Source of the DNA: an uncultured Alphaproteobacteria bacterium
GTDB lineage: Bacteria; Pseudomonadota; Alphaproteobacteria; RF32; CAG-239
Assembly (NCBI GenBank): GCA_944393665.1
Contig: CALYAX010000006.1
Location: forward strand, 11,780-75,779
Length of the DNA stretch: 64,000 bases
Direction: 5' to 3'
The translations under genes and the position numbers were made by a program. Under the pieces are notes generated by a model. It was given only the letters and a program-made list of their open reading frames with translations, was not told where the DNA came from and made no database searches. Shown one piece after another: positions 29,117 through 38,100 of the stretch; the first letter of the stretch is position 1, and each line of letters begins with the position of its first letter.

Positions 29117-29816
29117 ATGATTGAAGAAATTTTAACGGAGATGAAAACCCAGGCTGACCCTAAGCTGTCGACCCACCAGCAGAAATATTTCAAAACCGGG
29201 CATGGCGGCTATGGCGAGGGCGATCTGTTTTTGGGGCTGACGGTGCCGCAGGTGCGCAAAATCAGCAAAAAATATGCTCATAAATGCGATGAAACCTGCC
29301 TGAATGAAATGCTGAAAAGCCAATATCACGATATCCGGCTGGCGGCACTTTTGATGATGATTGAGAAATTTGAACTGGGCAAGCCGGAAGAACAATGCCG
29401 TTTGTACCAGCTTTATCTGGATAATATTCCGACGATTAACAACTGGGATTTGGTTGATGTGTCGGCGGCGAAAATCATCGGCGCCTATATTTATCCGAAT
29501 CCGGAGGTTTTGTGGCAGCTGGCGGACAAGAATCATCTGTGGAGCCAGCGGATTGCCATGCTGGCGAGCAACTATTTTGTGCAGCAGGGCGATTATGCCC
29601 CTACCCTGCGGCTGGCGGAAAAGTTTATTGCCAGCCAGCATGACCTCATGCACAAGGCCAGCGGCTGGATTCTGCGCGAAGTGGGGAAAAAAGACCTGGG
29701 CAGCCTGTGCCGCTTTTTGGACAAGAATGCCGCGAATCATGCTGCGCTATGCGGTAGAAAAACTGGAACCGCGCCAGCGGCAGACTTATCTGGCGCAGAA
29801 AACGCTGCGGTGGTAA
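29117..29816 (+). pseudogene. DNA alkylation repair protein (AlkD-like), frameshifted near 29730
   Basis: YFKTG.G.YGEGD.FLG, INNWDLVD, HKASGWILREVGK in one frame; conserved tail MPRIMLRYAVEK in another. Confidence 0.8.
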
Positions 29817-29885
29817 TGCGCCCAATGAAAAACCCCGCTTTCCGAAAAGGCTGGCGGGGTTTTAGCAAAAACTATCCGGCGAAAC

Positions 29886-30233
29886 TTACTGCAGGGCGGC
29901 TTCTTCCCAGTTTTTGAGCCCGATTTTGGACCAGTCGACCGGGATATTGTCGACCATATTCATGGTGGCGATATAACAATCCTTAATATTTTCGAGAATC
30001 GTTTCAACCACAATCACTTCCCGCGATTTGCGGAGTTTGTCGCGCACCTCGGGATTGATGTAATCGAGAATAATCTTTTGGTCGGGGTTGCGGATAAAAA
30101 CGGCGTGATCCTTGCCGTCATAAATAATCCGCGGCGCCTGCGGCGTTTCAGATTTGGCATGCATATAGATATAGAGTTCGCCCTCGGAACCCTCGGCAAT
30201 CATAAAACTGTCTTCAGTCGTATATTCGCTCAT
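29886..30233 (-). CDS. Hypothetical protein
   Basis: 115 aa ORF directly downstream of 30237..30725. Confidence 0.7.
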   Translation of the reverse strand: MSEYTTEDSFMIAEGSEGELYIYMHAKSETPQAPRIIYDGKDHAVFIRNPDQKIILDYINPEVRDKLRKSREVIVVETILENIKDCYIATMNMVDNIPVDWSKIGLKNWEEAALQ

Positions 30234-30236
30234 TGT

Positions 30237-30725
30237 CTACCCCTGAGTACGAACCCTGCGGGATTGCATTATATTATTTAATGCCGTGGAATTCTTATTT
30301 AAATGGCCGTTAATAACTTTTTTAAAACCGGCGGACAGTTTGTCGCGCGAGTTTTTAAGGCCGGTGCTCAAATCTTTATAAAGTTTGCTGGCGTGGCGGT
30401 TGTCAACAGCGTACCAGGCGAGGACTCCGGCGGTTACTACGGCGGCCCCTTCAATCACTGCCGCGGTTGAGCCTACGCCGCCCGCAAAATAATGGCTGTT
30501 GCTCATTGAGAAACTGGCTTGCCGCGCCATCTCGGCCAAACCGGCAACATTGGCGGCAATAACGGCTTTTACAGCCGCACCGTTAACTTTGCGGTCATTT
30601 CCGGTGGTGTATTCGACAAATTTGGCTTGGGCTTTTTCTTTGGCGGCGCAAAGACGGCCGTGGACTTTCCCCCAAATTGATTGATCCTGCTGAGTGGTTT
30701 TTCCACCGTTTTTATACATTTTCAT
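30237..30725 (-). CDS. Hypothetical protein with Ala/Gly-rich hydrophobic segments
   Basis: GGGGGA RBS; 162 aa. Confidence 0.6.
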   Translation of the reverse strand: MKMYKNGGKTTQQDQSIWGKVHGRLCAAKEKAQAKFVEYTTGNDRKVNGAAVKAVIAANVAGLAEMARQASFSMSNSHYFAGGVGSTAAVIEGAAVVTAGVLAWYAVDNRHASKLYKDLSTGLKNSRDKLSAGFKKVINGHLNKNSTALNNIMQSRRVRTQG

Positions 30726-31215
30726 TTGCAGTCCCCCGTGCGTGAAGGTTAGTTCCTGAGTTTAGAATAGTCCTTTAGACAAAATTTGTCAATACAAAAG
30801 CACTCATCTCATAGAATATAGCCATAGATTACTTAAGGATTGTTTAATTGTACAGAAAAAAAGCCGGGATACCCGTATTTGTCCACCGGATTCGGAAGAC
30901 CCGGCGGGGGAACGGGTGAGGCATGAAGATCGGAGGTGCGGGAGAACGGGGTACGGGGCACAGGGTGCAGGATTTGGGGGGCATGGCTCGAGGTGGGGGG
31001 GGGCGGAGGCGCGAGGATACGCAAGGAAAGCAAGCGCTGCCTTGCCCTAAACCGCCGTAGGAGTGCGCTGGTTATGGTATCGGGGAGTGTTGGTAAGCGC
31101 CGGGGTGCTGGTTGAGCGGCGGGAAAACTGCTGTGGCGGCGGAACAATGAGAAAGCTGATGTGAACAGACTAAACGAATGGTCAGGCTGACTTTGCGGAA
31201 AAACCGTTTATAAAT

Positions 31216-31230
31216 GTTCTTGTTTTGTTC
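31216..31230 (+). promoter_or_regulatory. Alphaproteobacterial LexA (SOS) box
   Basis: GTTC-TTGTTTT-GTTC (GTTC-N7-GTTC) 20 nt upstream of an AGGAGG-led ORF. Confidence 0.7.
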
Positions 31231-31250
31231 TATATTACCAAGGAGGAAAA

Positions 31251-31397
31251 ATGATTTATATTGTAAGTTACCGGAGCCAGTTTGACAGCCGTGTGGTGGC
31301 GGCGTTTTATGATGAGAATCTGGCGCAAAGTTTTGTGGAAGACAAGGGCTACCATTATGTGATTGAATGTTTTATGGGGCCGCACAAAATTTATTAA
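31251..31397 (+). CDS. 48-aa small protein, absent from the ORF track
   Basis: AGGAGG RBS; MIYIVSYRSQFDSRVVAAFYDENLAQSFVEDKGYHYVIECFMGPHKIY; followed by CCGCCGG/CCGGCGG terminator. Confidence 0.7.
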   Translation: MIYIVSYRSQFDSRVVAAFYDENLAQSFVEDKGYHYVIECFMGPHKIY

Positions 31398-31512
31398 TCT
31401 GAAAACCGCCGGGAAACCGGCGGCTTTTTACCCTTATGGTGTATTGACATTGTAATGATTTTGCACTATATTATAATATATATGTAATACATTTAATCAG
31501 TTGAGAAAGAAA

Positions 31513-31803
31513 ATGAATTCAGTTATTCAAGCCCGTGTTGACACGGCAAGCAAAAAGGAAGCCGAGGCTATTCTCAATCAGATGGGAATGAGCCTGAGTG
31601 ACGGTATCCGAATTTTTATACGCCAGGTCATTCACCAGCGTGCCCTGCCTTTCCGCCCAACGCTGGCAGAGGTTCCAAACGAGGAAACCTGCAAGGCAAT
31701 GAAACGGGCCGATGATTATATTTCCGGCCGGAACCCCAAAGGCTATAAATCTTTTGAAACCGTTGATGAAGCTATGGCCGATCTGTTGAACGAGGACGAT
31801 TAA
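31513..31803 (+). CDS. dinJ: RelB/DinJ-family antitoxin
   Basis: IQARVD...K.EAE.IL..MG.S.S..IRIF......LPF....PN.ET..AM. Confidence 0.85.
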   Translation: MNSVIQARVDTASKKEAEAILNQMGMSLSDGIRIFIRQVIHQRALPFRPTLAEVPNEETCKAMKRADDYISGRNPKGYKSFETVDEAMADLLNEDD

Positions 31804-32072
31804 TGCTGAAAATTGTCTACGACTCCTACTTTAAACGTCAACTTAAAAGCTGCCAGAAAAAAAGATACAACATGCAAATTTTTGAGACGGTCCTTAGCCT
31901 TTTGGCAAAAGGAAATGATCTACCTGCAAAATATAAAGACCATGCTTTAAGCGGCGGCTGGAAAGGCTGCCTCGAATGTCATATCTGCCCTGACTGGCTG
32001 TTGATTTATCAGACAACTGAAACAGAACTTGTTCTGATTGCAACCGGTTCGCATGATGATTTATTTAAATGA
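31803..32072 (+). CDS. yafQ: YafQ-family mRNA interferase toxin
   Basis: LPAKYKDHAL.G.W....ECHI.PDWLLIY...L.L..TGSHDDLF. Confidence 0.92.
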   Translation: MLKIVYDSYFKRQLKSCQKKRYNMQIFETVLSLLAKGNDLPAKYKDHALSGGWKGCLECHICPDWLLIYQTTETELVLIATGSHDDLFK

Positions 32073-32103
32073 GTAAACTGTTATTTCTTCAAATACTCTA
32101 ACA

Positions 32104-32187
32104 AATTGCTAATGCAATTCGAGGTATGACGGTGTGGGGTTTTAGATGCCTGGACGGGCTGCGCCCGAGGCATGACGGTGTGGGGTT
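32104..32187 (-). repeat. REP-like palindromic repeat (same family as 48556-48731)
   Basis: GCAATTCGAGGTATGAC and AGATGCC..CGAGGCATGAC match the reverse complement of GTCATGCCTCGAATTGC..GGCATCT. Confidence 0.6.
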
Positions 32188-32201
32188 CATGGCAAGTTTG
32201 A

Positions 32202-32561
32202 TTATTTTTTGAGAGCGGGGAGAAGCAGTTCAATCTGTTTTTGAATCAGTTCCAGAGTCTGCTCGTCTTGATTATGCAGCAGCTCCACAATTTCATAAAG
32301 TTTTTTTGATTTAACCAAAGGCATATTTTCAAATTCTGAAAAGACTTCCGCCAAACTGAAATTTGCAGCTTTTGCCAGTCGGTAAATTGTAAAAATACGG
32401 CTGTTCTGCTCTCCCCGTTCTAAATCCGAAATAGTATTGACAGTCATTTCAGTTTTATCTGAAACGTCTTCTTGCGTCATTTTATTTCTTTTACGGTATA
32501 ACGCTAATAACGAACCAAATTTATGTAAAAATTCATCTTTTTCCATGTAGTTATTGTACAA
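32202..32561 (-). CDS. XRE-family HTH regulator
   Basis: RK...MTQEDVS......NTISDLERG..N......LAKA. Confidence 0.85.
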   Translation of the reverse strand: MYNNYMEKDEFLHKFGSLLALYRKRNKMTQEDVSDKTEMTVNTISDLERGEQNSRIFTIYRLAKAANFSLAEVFSEFENMPLVKSKKLYEIVELLHNQDEQTLELIQKQIELLLPALKK

Positions 32562-32675
32562 TTACAACACTAATTTTCCACCTAGATATACTATGTAGAA
32601 ATATGTTGACATATACAATTAATCCTGATATTTCTGGTAGTGTAATAAGACAAAATTAGTATCTATCAATTAGAT

Positions 32676-32973
32676 GTGGACTAGGAGTTCGGCTCTCTTA
32701 CCTAGGGAGAGCCGGGGGAGCTCAAGATAGTCCGGGTGAATTAGCATTCACTTAGTAACACAGACAGTGCAAAGAGATGAAAGCGCTGTAACTCGGTTGT
32801 GGGCAAAATTCGAAATTCAATAGAATTCTGCTGCAAACGGGATTATCATCTCCGGTACGCGACGCGTTCAAACGGCCGGAGAGGCTCCTAAAAGGTTTAT
32901 CCTTGGCGGGGCGCCATTATCTGTGTTATGGTATGCTAACTCTCCGGCCGCCTTTTTAAGGCGGTTTTATTTT
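32676..32973 (+). ncRNA. Candidate structured leader RNA ending in a terminator
   Basis: TTGACA promoter element at 32606; several nested and crossing helices; CCGCCTT/AAGGCGG + T-run before ATG 32994. Confidence 0.55.
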
Positions 32974-32993
32974 AACCAAAACCAGGGGGCACA

Positions 32994-33866
32994 ATGAACG
33001 CAGAAGACCGCAACAGCGCCACGCCGCTGACAGACAGCAACAAATTTTTACAACAACTTTACATTAACAGCAATTTATTCGCTGATGACTGCCGCGCCGA
33101 AATCGCTTCGGAGCTGCATATGCAGCGTTACGAATACCACATGCCCCTGCAGGACTGCGCCAGACGTTTGGGAGTTACGCCGCTGCAAATCGAACAGTTG
33201 GAAACCACTTATACCCCGCAGGTTGATTTTTATCTGGCGGTCAGAATGGCGCGGCTGTTTGGCTGCAAATTCAGAATCGAACTCGAAATTGACCAGGATT
33301 GTCTTGAGGTTTCCGCCGGGGAAGAAGACGGGAGTTGGGAAGCGGAAAGTGCGGCGGAGAGAAAAGAGGATTGGCGTGCAGAGGGTACGGCGGAAAACGG
33401 GGATTGGAACGACGGGCGTGCCGGCAGTGTGGGAAACAGGGATTGGAACGGTGCAAATGCCGCGGAGGAAGACAGGGATTGGAACGGCGGACGTGCGGCA
33501 GTGGATAACGAAAGTTGGCGTGGCGGGTGTCCCGGCGGCGCGGACAGGGTGCCGACGACCAGGCCTTATATTCTGCCCCGCTCCCTTTTCCATGTCGACA
33601 ATCTGTATTCTTTAAGCTACGAGCTTTATGAAGCGCGCAATCTTCACAAAATGAGCCTGTCCGATGCCGCCAGACAATCCGGGCTGACGCTTGAAGAAAT
33701 TGACGCGTTGGAAAGCGGTATCGGCGACATTAATTTCACCCAGGCCGCCCGGCTGCTGGACTTATACAACAGGCGTCTGGATTTGTTCCCGGAATGTTTT
33801 CCGGGGCTTCCGGCGGAATATTACCGCGCTTATTTCAAGAGAGGCTGCCATGGCCAGGCGGTTTAA
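32994..33866 (+). CDS. Protein with two XRE-like HTH domains and a low-complexity DWNG-repeat linker
   Basis: M.L.DCARRLGVT..QIEQLE and MSLSDAARQSGLT.EEIDALE.G. Confidence 0.65.
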   Translation: MNAEDRNSATPLTDSNKFLQQLYINSNLFADDCRAEIASELHMQRYEYHMPLQDCARRLGVTPLQIEQLETTYTPQVDFYLAVRMARLFGCKFRIELEIDQDCLEVSAGEEDGSWEAESAAERKEDWRAEGTAENGDWNDGRAGSVGNRDWNGANAAEEDRDWNGGRAAVDNESWRGGCPGGADRVPTTRPYILPRSLFHVDNLYSLSYELYEARNLHKMSLSDAARQSGLTLEEIDALESGIGDINFTQAARLLDLYNRRLDLFPECFPGLPAEYYRAYFKRGCHGQAV

Positions 33867-34428
33867 CAAACACCACGCGCCGCTGAGTTTGAGCGAGTGC
33901 CGCGGGCGCGGCCCCGACGGTTCGCCCAATCCGATTGATGTTTATATCGGCTCGCGGATAAAACTGCGGCGGGAGCTGCTGGGGCTGTCGCAACAACGGC
34001 TGTCAACGCTGATGGGCATTACTTTTCAGCAGATTCAAAAATATGAAAAAGGCGGCAACCGTATCGGGGGAAGCCGGTTATGGGATTTTTGCTGTGTTTT
34101 GGGAGTGGAGCCGTATTATTTTTATGCGGAAATGCCGGAAGAGGTGCGCCATTCAAGCCCGCGGCTGCAAAGCTTTGACCCTGAACATCTCAAAGAAGCG
34201 GATGAATTTTTTTACCGGGTTCCCTCCGACCCGATGTGGGAGGAAGAGTCAATCACGCTGGTGACGGCGTTCAAAAAAATCAACAACCGCCCCCTGGCGA
34301 ACAGCCTGCGGGAAGCGATGATTGCGGCGTCAAAAGCTTATAGTCCGGCAGATGAAAAATATGCGGATGCTCCCGAGAAGAAGGCGTCTCATAAGAAAAT
34401 CATTGCACAAGAGGGGAAAACAAGATAG
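33850..34428 (+). CDS. Alphaproteobacterial XRE-family regulator
   Basis: PNPIDVYIGSRIKLRR..LGLSQ..L...GITFQQIQKYEKG.NR; ATG 33850. Confidence 0.88.
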   Translation: MARRFNKHHAPLSLSECRGRGPDGSPNPIDVYIGSRIKLRRELLGLSQQRLSTLMGITFQQIQKYEKGGNRIGGSRLWDFCCVLGVEPYYFYAEMPEEVRHSSPRLQSFDPEHLKEADEFFYRVPSDPMWEEESITLVTAFKKINNRPLANSLREAMIAASKAYSPADEKYADAPEKKASHKKIIAQEGKTR

Positions 34429-34525
34429 CCCCCCGGAGGCGCGGCCTCCGAGGGGTGACGGTATTAAAAAAGTACCGCGAGCGGGGATAGTATTAAAGCA
34501 GGCTGAGAGGCAACAGCAGGGCTGC

Positions 34526-35107
34526 TTATTCTTCCAGCGCCGGCCAATTAACCAGATGATCGAGCCATTTTTCAACAAAATCGGCGCGGCGGTTCTGGTA
34601 GTCCAGATAATAAGCGTGTTCCCAGACATCAATATTTATCAGGGGTTTCATCCCGCGGGCGACCGGCGTGTCACCGTTGGCGGTTTTCATGACCGAGAGT
34701 TTGCCGTCGTGCCAGACCAGCCAGGCCCAACCGCTGCCAAACTGGGTAACGGCGGCGTTTTTCAACTCTTCTTTCAGTTTTTCATAAGAACCGAAATCCT
34801 TTTTAATCTGTTCGGCGAGGCGCCCTTTGGGCTCTTTGCCGCCGTCAGGGGCCATGGATTTCCAAAACAGCTGGTGATTATAGACCTGTCCGGCGTTATT
34901 AAAAACCGCCTGATGTTCCGGTTTTTGATAGGCGGCCTGAATAATCTCCTCCAGCCCCATGTCCTCAAACCCGGTGTCTTTTATCAGTTTGTTGAGGGTA
35001 TCAACATAATTTTTATAATGTTTGCCATAGTGAAATTCCATCGTGGTCTGGGGCATATAGGGATCCAGAGCGTCCATATCATACGGCAGGGGCTGCATTT
35101 CAAACAT
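34526..35107 (-). CDS. sodB: Fe/Mn superoxide dismutase
   Basis: HYGKH, FNNAGQVYNH, QFGSGWAW, DVWEHAYY. Confidence 0.95.
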   Translation of the reverse strand: MFEMQPLPYDMDALDPYMPQTTMEFHYGKHYKNYVDTLNKLIKDTGFEDMGLEEIIQAAYQKPEHQAVFNNAGQVYNHQLFWKSMAPDGGKEPKGRLAEQIKKDFGSYEKLKEELKNAAVTQFGSGWAWLVWHDGKLSVMKTANGDTPVARGMKPLINIDVWEHAYYLDYQNRRADFVEKWLDHLVNWPALEE

Positions 35108-35126
35108 ATTTGTTCTCCTAAAGGGT

Positions 35127-35302
35127 CCGGTCGGCGTTTAAGGCCGAGGCGGGGTTTGTTGAGCCGGGTCGGCGTTGAATTGCCGAGCGGGGTTGTTGAG
35201 CCGGGTCGGCGTTGAATTGCCGAGCGGGATTGTTGAGCCGGGTCGGCGTTAAATTGCCGAGCGGGGTTGTTGAGCCGGGTCGGCGTTTAACCACCGAGGC
35301 GG
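35127..35302. repeat. 37-bp tandem repeat (~4.5 copies) with internal hairpin
   Basis: GAGCCGGGTCGGCGTTGAATTGCCGAGCGGGGTTGTT units at 35161, 35198 and 35235, plus degenerate flanks. Confidence 0.9.
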
Positions 35303-35310
35303 CGTTGCGG

Positions 35311-35727
35311 TTATTGTTTACGTTTTATATAGGTATTGGTGCCGATTTCATCAAGCATTTTTTGTTCTTTGGCGTCAATTTCTTTTTGGGCGGCGCGGCG
35401 GCGGTTGTCATCAACGATTTCATAAGTTTTCTGCTCCTTAAACAGATCGGCGATAACCTCGCGGATGGCGGCAATCTTCTGGCGGACGGCGTTTATCCGC
35501 GTTTCCAGGTCATCGCGCGCGGCCATATATTTTTTGACATACAGCCCAAAATCGCCCAGTCCGGAGTGGCTGCGCGAAAATTCCTTCTCCTGCTCAAACT
35601 GCCAATTGAGGTCGGCCAGCGCCTTAATCAGCTCCTCCTCCCGGGTGAGCTGTTCCGTCAGGAGTTTGCGCTGCTCGTCAATATTAAACTTCTGTATCCG
35701 GGTCAGGGTTTTCAGGGAGTTTTTCAT
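35311..35727 (-). CDS. fliJ: Flagellar export protein FliJ
   Basis: Coiled coil, L.TL.R..KF.IDEQR...EQK.LDEIG; immediately after fliI. Confidence 0.8.
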   Translation of the reverse strand: MKNSLKTLTRIQKFNIDEQRKLLTEQLTREEELIKALADLNWQFEQEKEFSRSHSGLGDFGLYVKKYMAARDDLETRINAVRQKIAAIREVIADLFKEQKTYEIVDDNRRRAAQKEIDAKEQKMLDEIGTNTYIKRKQ

Positions 35728-35736
35728 TGTTTATGC

Positions 35737-37077
35737 CTAAGCCTCGGGATTATAAGGCTGTGCCAGAATCTCGCCCAGAAGCTGATAGCATTCCGGCAGG
35801 GTAAATTTTTCCTGTTTGCCCTGGCTTAAAAATTCCTCAATTTTGGGATAGTAGAAAATCGCCTCGTCTACCTCGCGGTTGGAGCCTTTTTTATAAGCGC
35901 CGAGGCGGATCAGCTCCGCCATGTCCTCATAAGCGGCAATATATTTGCGGGCTTTGGCAACCAGGGCGTATTCCTCTTTGGTGTCGCAGTCGGGCATGGT
36001 ACGCGAAATGGAGCGCAGAATATTAATCGCGGGGTAGCGGTTGCGTTCGGCAATAGAACGGTCCAGCACGATATGGCCGTCGAGAATCGAGCGCACGGCA
36101 TCGGCCACCGGTTCATTGTGGTCATCACCGTCAACCAGCACGGTAAACAGCCCGGTAATCGTTCCGTTGCCGGAACCCGGCCCGGCACGTTCCAGCAGGC
36201 GGGGCAGCTCGGCAAAAACGCTGGGCGTATAGCCTTTGGAGGCCGGCGGCTCGCCCACCGAGAGGGCAATCTCGCGCTGGGCCATGGCAAAACGGGTGAT
36301 GGAGTCCATCATGCAGAGGACATCTTTATTATGGTCGCGGAAAAACTCCGCCACCGCCATGGTGGTATACGCGGCCTGGCGGCGCATGAGCGGGCTTTCA
36401 TCAGAAGTTGCCAGCACCAGGACCGATTTTTCCAGCCCTTCGACGCCCAGAACATCTTCCACAAATTCCTTGGCCTCGCGCCCGCGCTCGCCAATAAGGC
36501 CGATGACCGAAACATCGGAACTGGTATGGCGCGCCATCATCGACATCAGGGTCGATTTGCCGACGCCGGAGCCTGCAAAAATGCCCATACGCTGGCCTTT
36601 GCAGATGGTCAGAAACGTATTGACGGCCTTAACGCCCAAATCGACCTTGCCCTTAACCCGGTCGCGGAACTGCGCCGGCGGCGGCGAGGATTTGATATGA
36701 TAGGGTTTGTCGCCTTTTATCAGCGGGCCTTTTCCGTCGATGGCCTCGCCGAAAGCGTTGATAATCCGCCCCAGCCAGGACGGATGCGGATAAATCACCG
36801 GAGCGGCGTTTTCAACCTCGACCTTGCAGTCAACGCCAATCCCCTCCAGCGAGCCGTAAGGCATGAGCAAAATCTTATCGCCTTTGAAAGAAACCACCTC
36901 GCAGGGAATGTGCTGGCAGCGGTTGTTGATGATATTGCAGCGGTCGCCTATCGAAAGCCGGCGGCGGACGCCCCCCACCTCCACGAACAGCCCCTGCACC
37001 CCGGTCACCCGCCCGTAATAAGCGGCGTCTTCCAGGTTTTCAATTTCATGCAGAATATTTTCCATCAGCAGCGGCAA
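35737..37077 (-). CDS. fliI: Flagellar export ATPase FliI
   Basis: GQRMGIFAGSGVGKS, IGERGRE, DSITRFAMAQREI, GEPP..KGY. Confidence 0.95.
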   Translation of the reverse strand: MPLLMENILHEIENLEDAAYYGRVTGVQGLFVEVGGVRRRLSIGDRCNIINNRCQHIPCEVVSFKGDKILLMPYGSLEGIGVDCKVEVENAAPVIYPHPSWLGRIINAFGEAIDGKGPLIKGDKPYHIKSSPPPAQFRDRVKGKVDLGVKAVNTFLTICKGQRMGIFAGSGVGKSTLMSMMARHTSSDVSVIGLIGERGREAKEFVEDVLGVEGLEKSVLVLATSDESPLMRRQAAYTTMAVAEFFRDHNKDVLCMMDSITRFAMAQREIALSVGEPPASKGYTPSVFAELPRLLERAGPGSGNGTITGLFTVLVDGDDHNEPVADAVRSILDGHIVLDRSIAERNRYPAINILRSISRTMPDCDTKEEYALVAKARKYIAAYEDMAELIRLGAYKKGSNREVDEAIFYYPKIEEFLSQGKQEKFTLPECYQLLGEILAQPYNPEA

Positions 37078-37268
37078 AGGCTTTCTCCTTCTTTATCGGC
37101 TTATAATATACTGCTTTAAGATTAAATTTCAGCAGTTTTTAATGTTATCAACACCAAAGTAAAAGGCTTTTGTTAATAATTATTAACAGCCCCGTATAAA
37201 AAGTTAACAAATCAAAAAATAGGCATTAAGATAGCCTCATAAAAATAATAAATTAAGGGGGAAGAAAT

Positions 37269-37958
37269 ATGCGGGTCTTGCTAGTTGAAGACGATTATGC
37301 CATTTCGCAGAGCATTGAAACCATGCTTAAAAAAGAAGGCATGATTGTAGATACCACCGATTTGGGCGAAGACGGCCTCGAAATCGGAAAATTATATGAT
37401 TATGACATCATTATCCTTGATTTAATGCTGCCGGACATGAACGGCTATGAAGTGCTTAAAAATCTGCGCGCCTCCAAGGTTAACACCCCGGTTCTGATTC
37501 TCTCGGGCCTGAGCGAACCTGATAAAAAAGTCAAAGGCCTGGGTTACGGCGCTGACGATTATCTGACCAAGCCGTTTGACAAAGCCGAGCTGCTGGCAAG
37601 AATTCAGGCGGTGGTCCGCCGCTCCAAAGGGCATTCCAATTCCGTTATCCGCACCGGCGACGTTGAGGTCAACCTTGATAATCAGACCGTGACGGTTAAA
37701 GGGAAAGCCCTGCATCTGACCGGCAAAGAATACGGAATTATGGAGCTGTTGTCGCTGCGCAAGGGCTCGACTCTGAACAAAGACCAGTTCTTAAACCACC
37801 TGTATGGCGGAATCGATGAGCCGGAGCTTAAGATTATTGACGTTTTCATCTGCAAACTGCGCAAAAAACTGGAAAAAGCCAGCGGCGGCAAAAATTACAT
37901 CGAAACAGTATGGGGGCGCGGTTATGTCTTGCGCGACCCGGACGAGCTGAAGAAATAA
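37269..37958 (+). CDS. ctrA: Cell-cycle response regulator CtrA
   Basis: [52 protein letters not shown]; divergent from fliI. Confidence 0.95.
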   Translation: MRVLLVEDDYAISQSIETMLKKEGMIVDTTDLGEDGLEIGKLYDYDIIILDLMLPDMNGYEVLKNLRASKVNTPVLILSGLSEPDKKVKGLGYGADDYLTKPFDKAELLARIQAVVRRSKGHSNSVIRTGDVEVNLDNQTVTVKGKALHLTGKEYGIMELLSLRKGSTLNKDQFLNHLYGGIDEPELKIIDVFICKLRKKLEKASGGKNYIETVWGRGYVLRDPDELKK

Positions 37959-38029
37959 GCTGTTTTATTTATGACAATCCTCGTTTTTAATAACGGGGAT
38001 TTTTTTTGTCGAGGGGTGTAAATATAATA

Positions 38030-38058
38030 TTGACTATCTCTTGAGAATAGAGTATCCT
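38030..38058 (+). promoter_or_regulatory. Sigma70-type promoter shared by the Cys-rich gene family
   Basis: TTGACT-N17-TATCCT; equivalent elements upstream of 60206 and 62834. Confidence 0.65.
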
Positions 38059-38100
38059 AAAAACAGTTTCCGGTTCTGATATTATTAAGAGGAGAACAGA

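Noticed and set aside
35127-35302. CRISPR array (37-bp palindromic repeats)
   Set aside because: Units are contiguous with no unique spacers, and there are no cas genes.
34322-37119. Long plus-strand ORFs 34322..35215, 35212..35829 and 36073..37119
   Set aside because: Antisense shadows of sodB, the tandem repeat, fliJ and fliI.
37171-37190. CtrA autoregulatory box upstream of ctrA
   Set aside because: The TTAA half-sites are 6 nt apart, not 7, in very AT-rich DNA.
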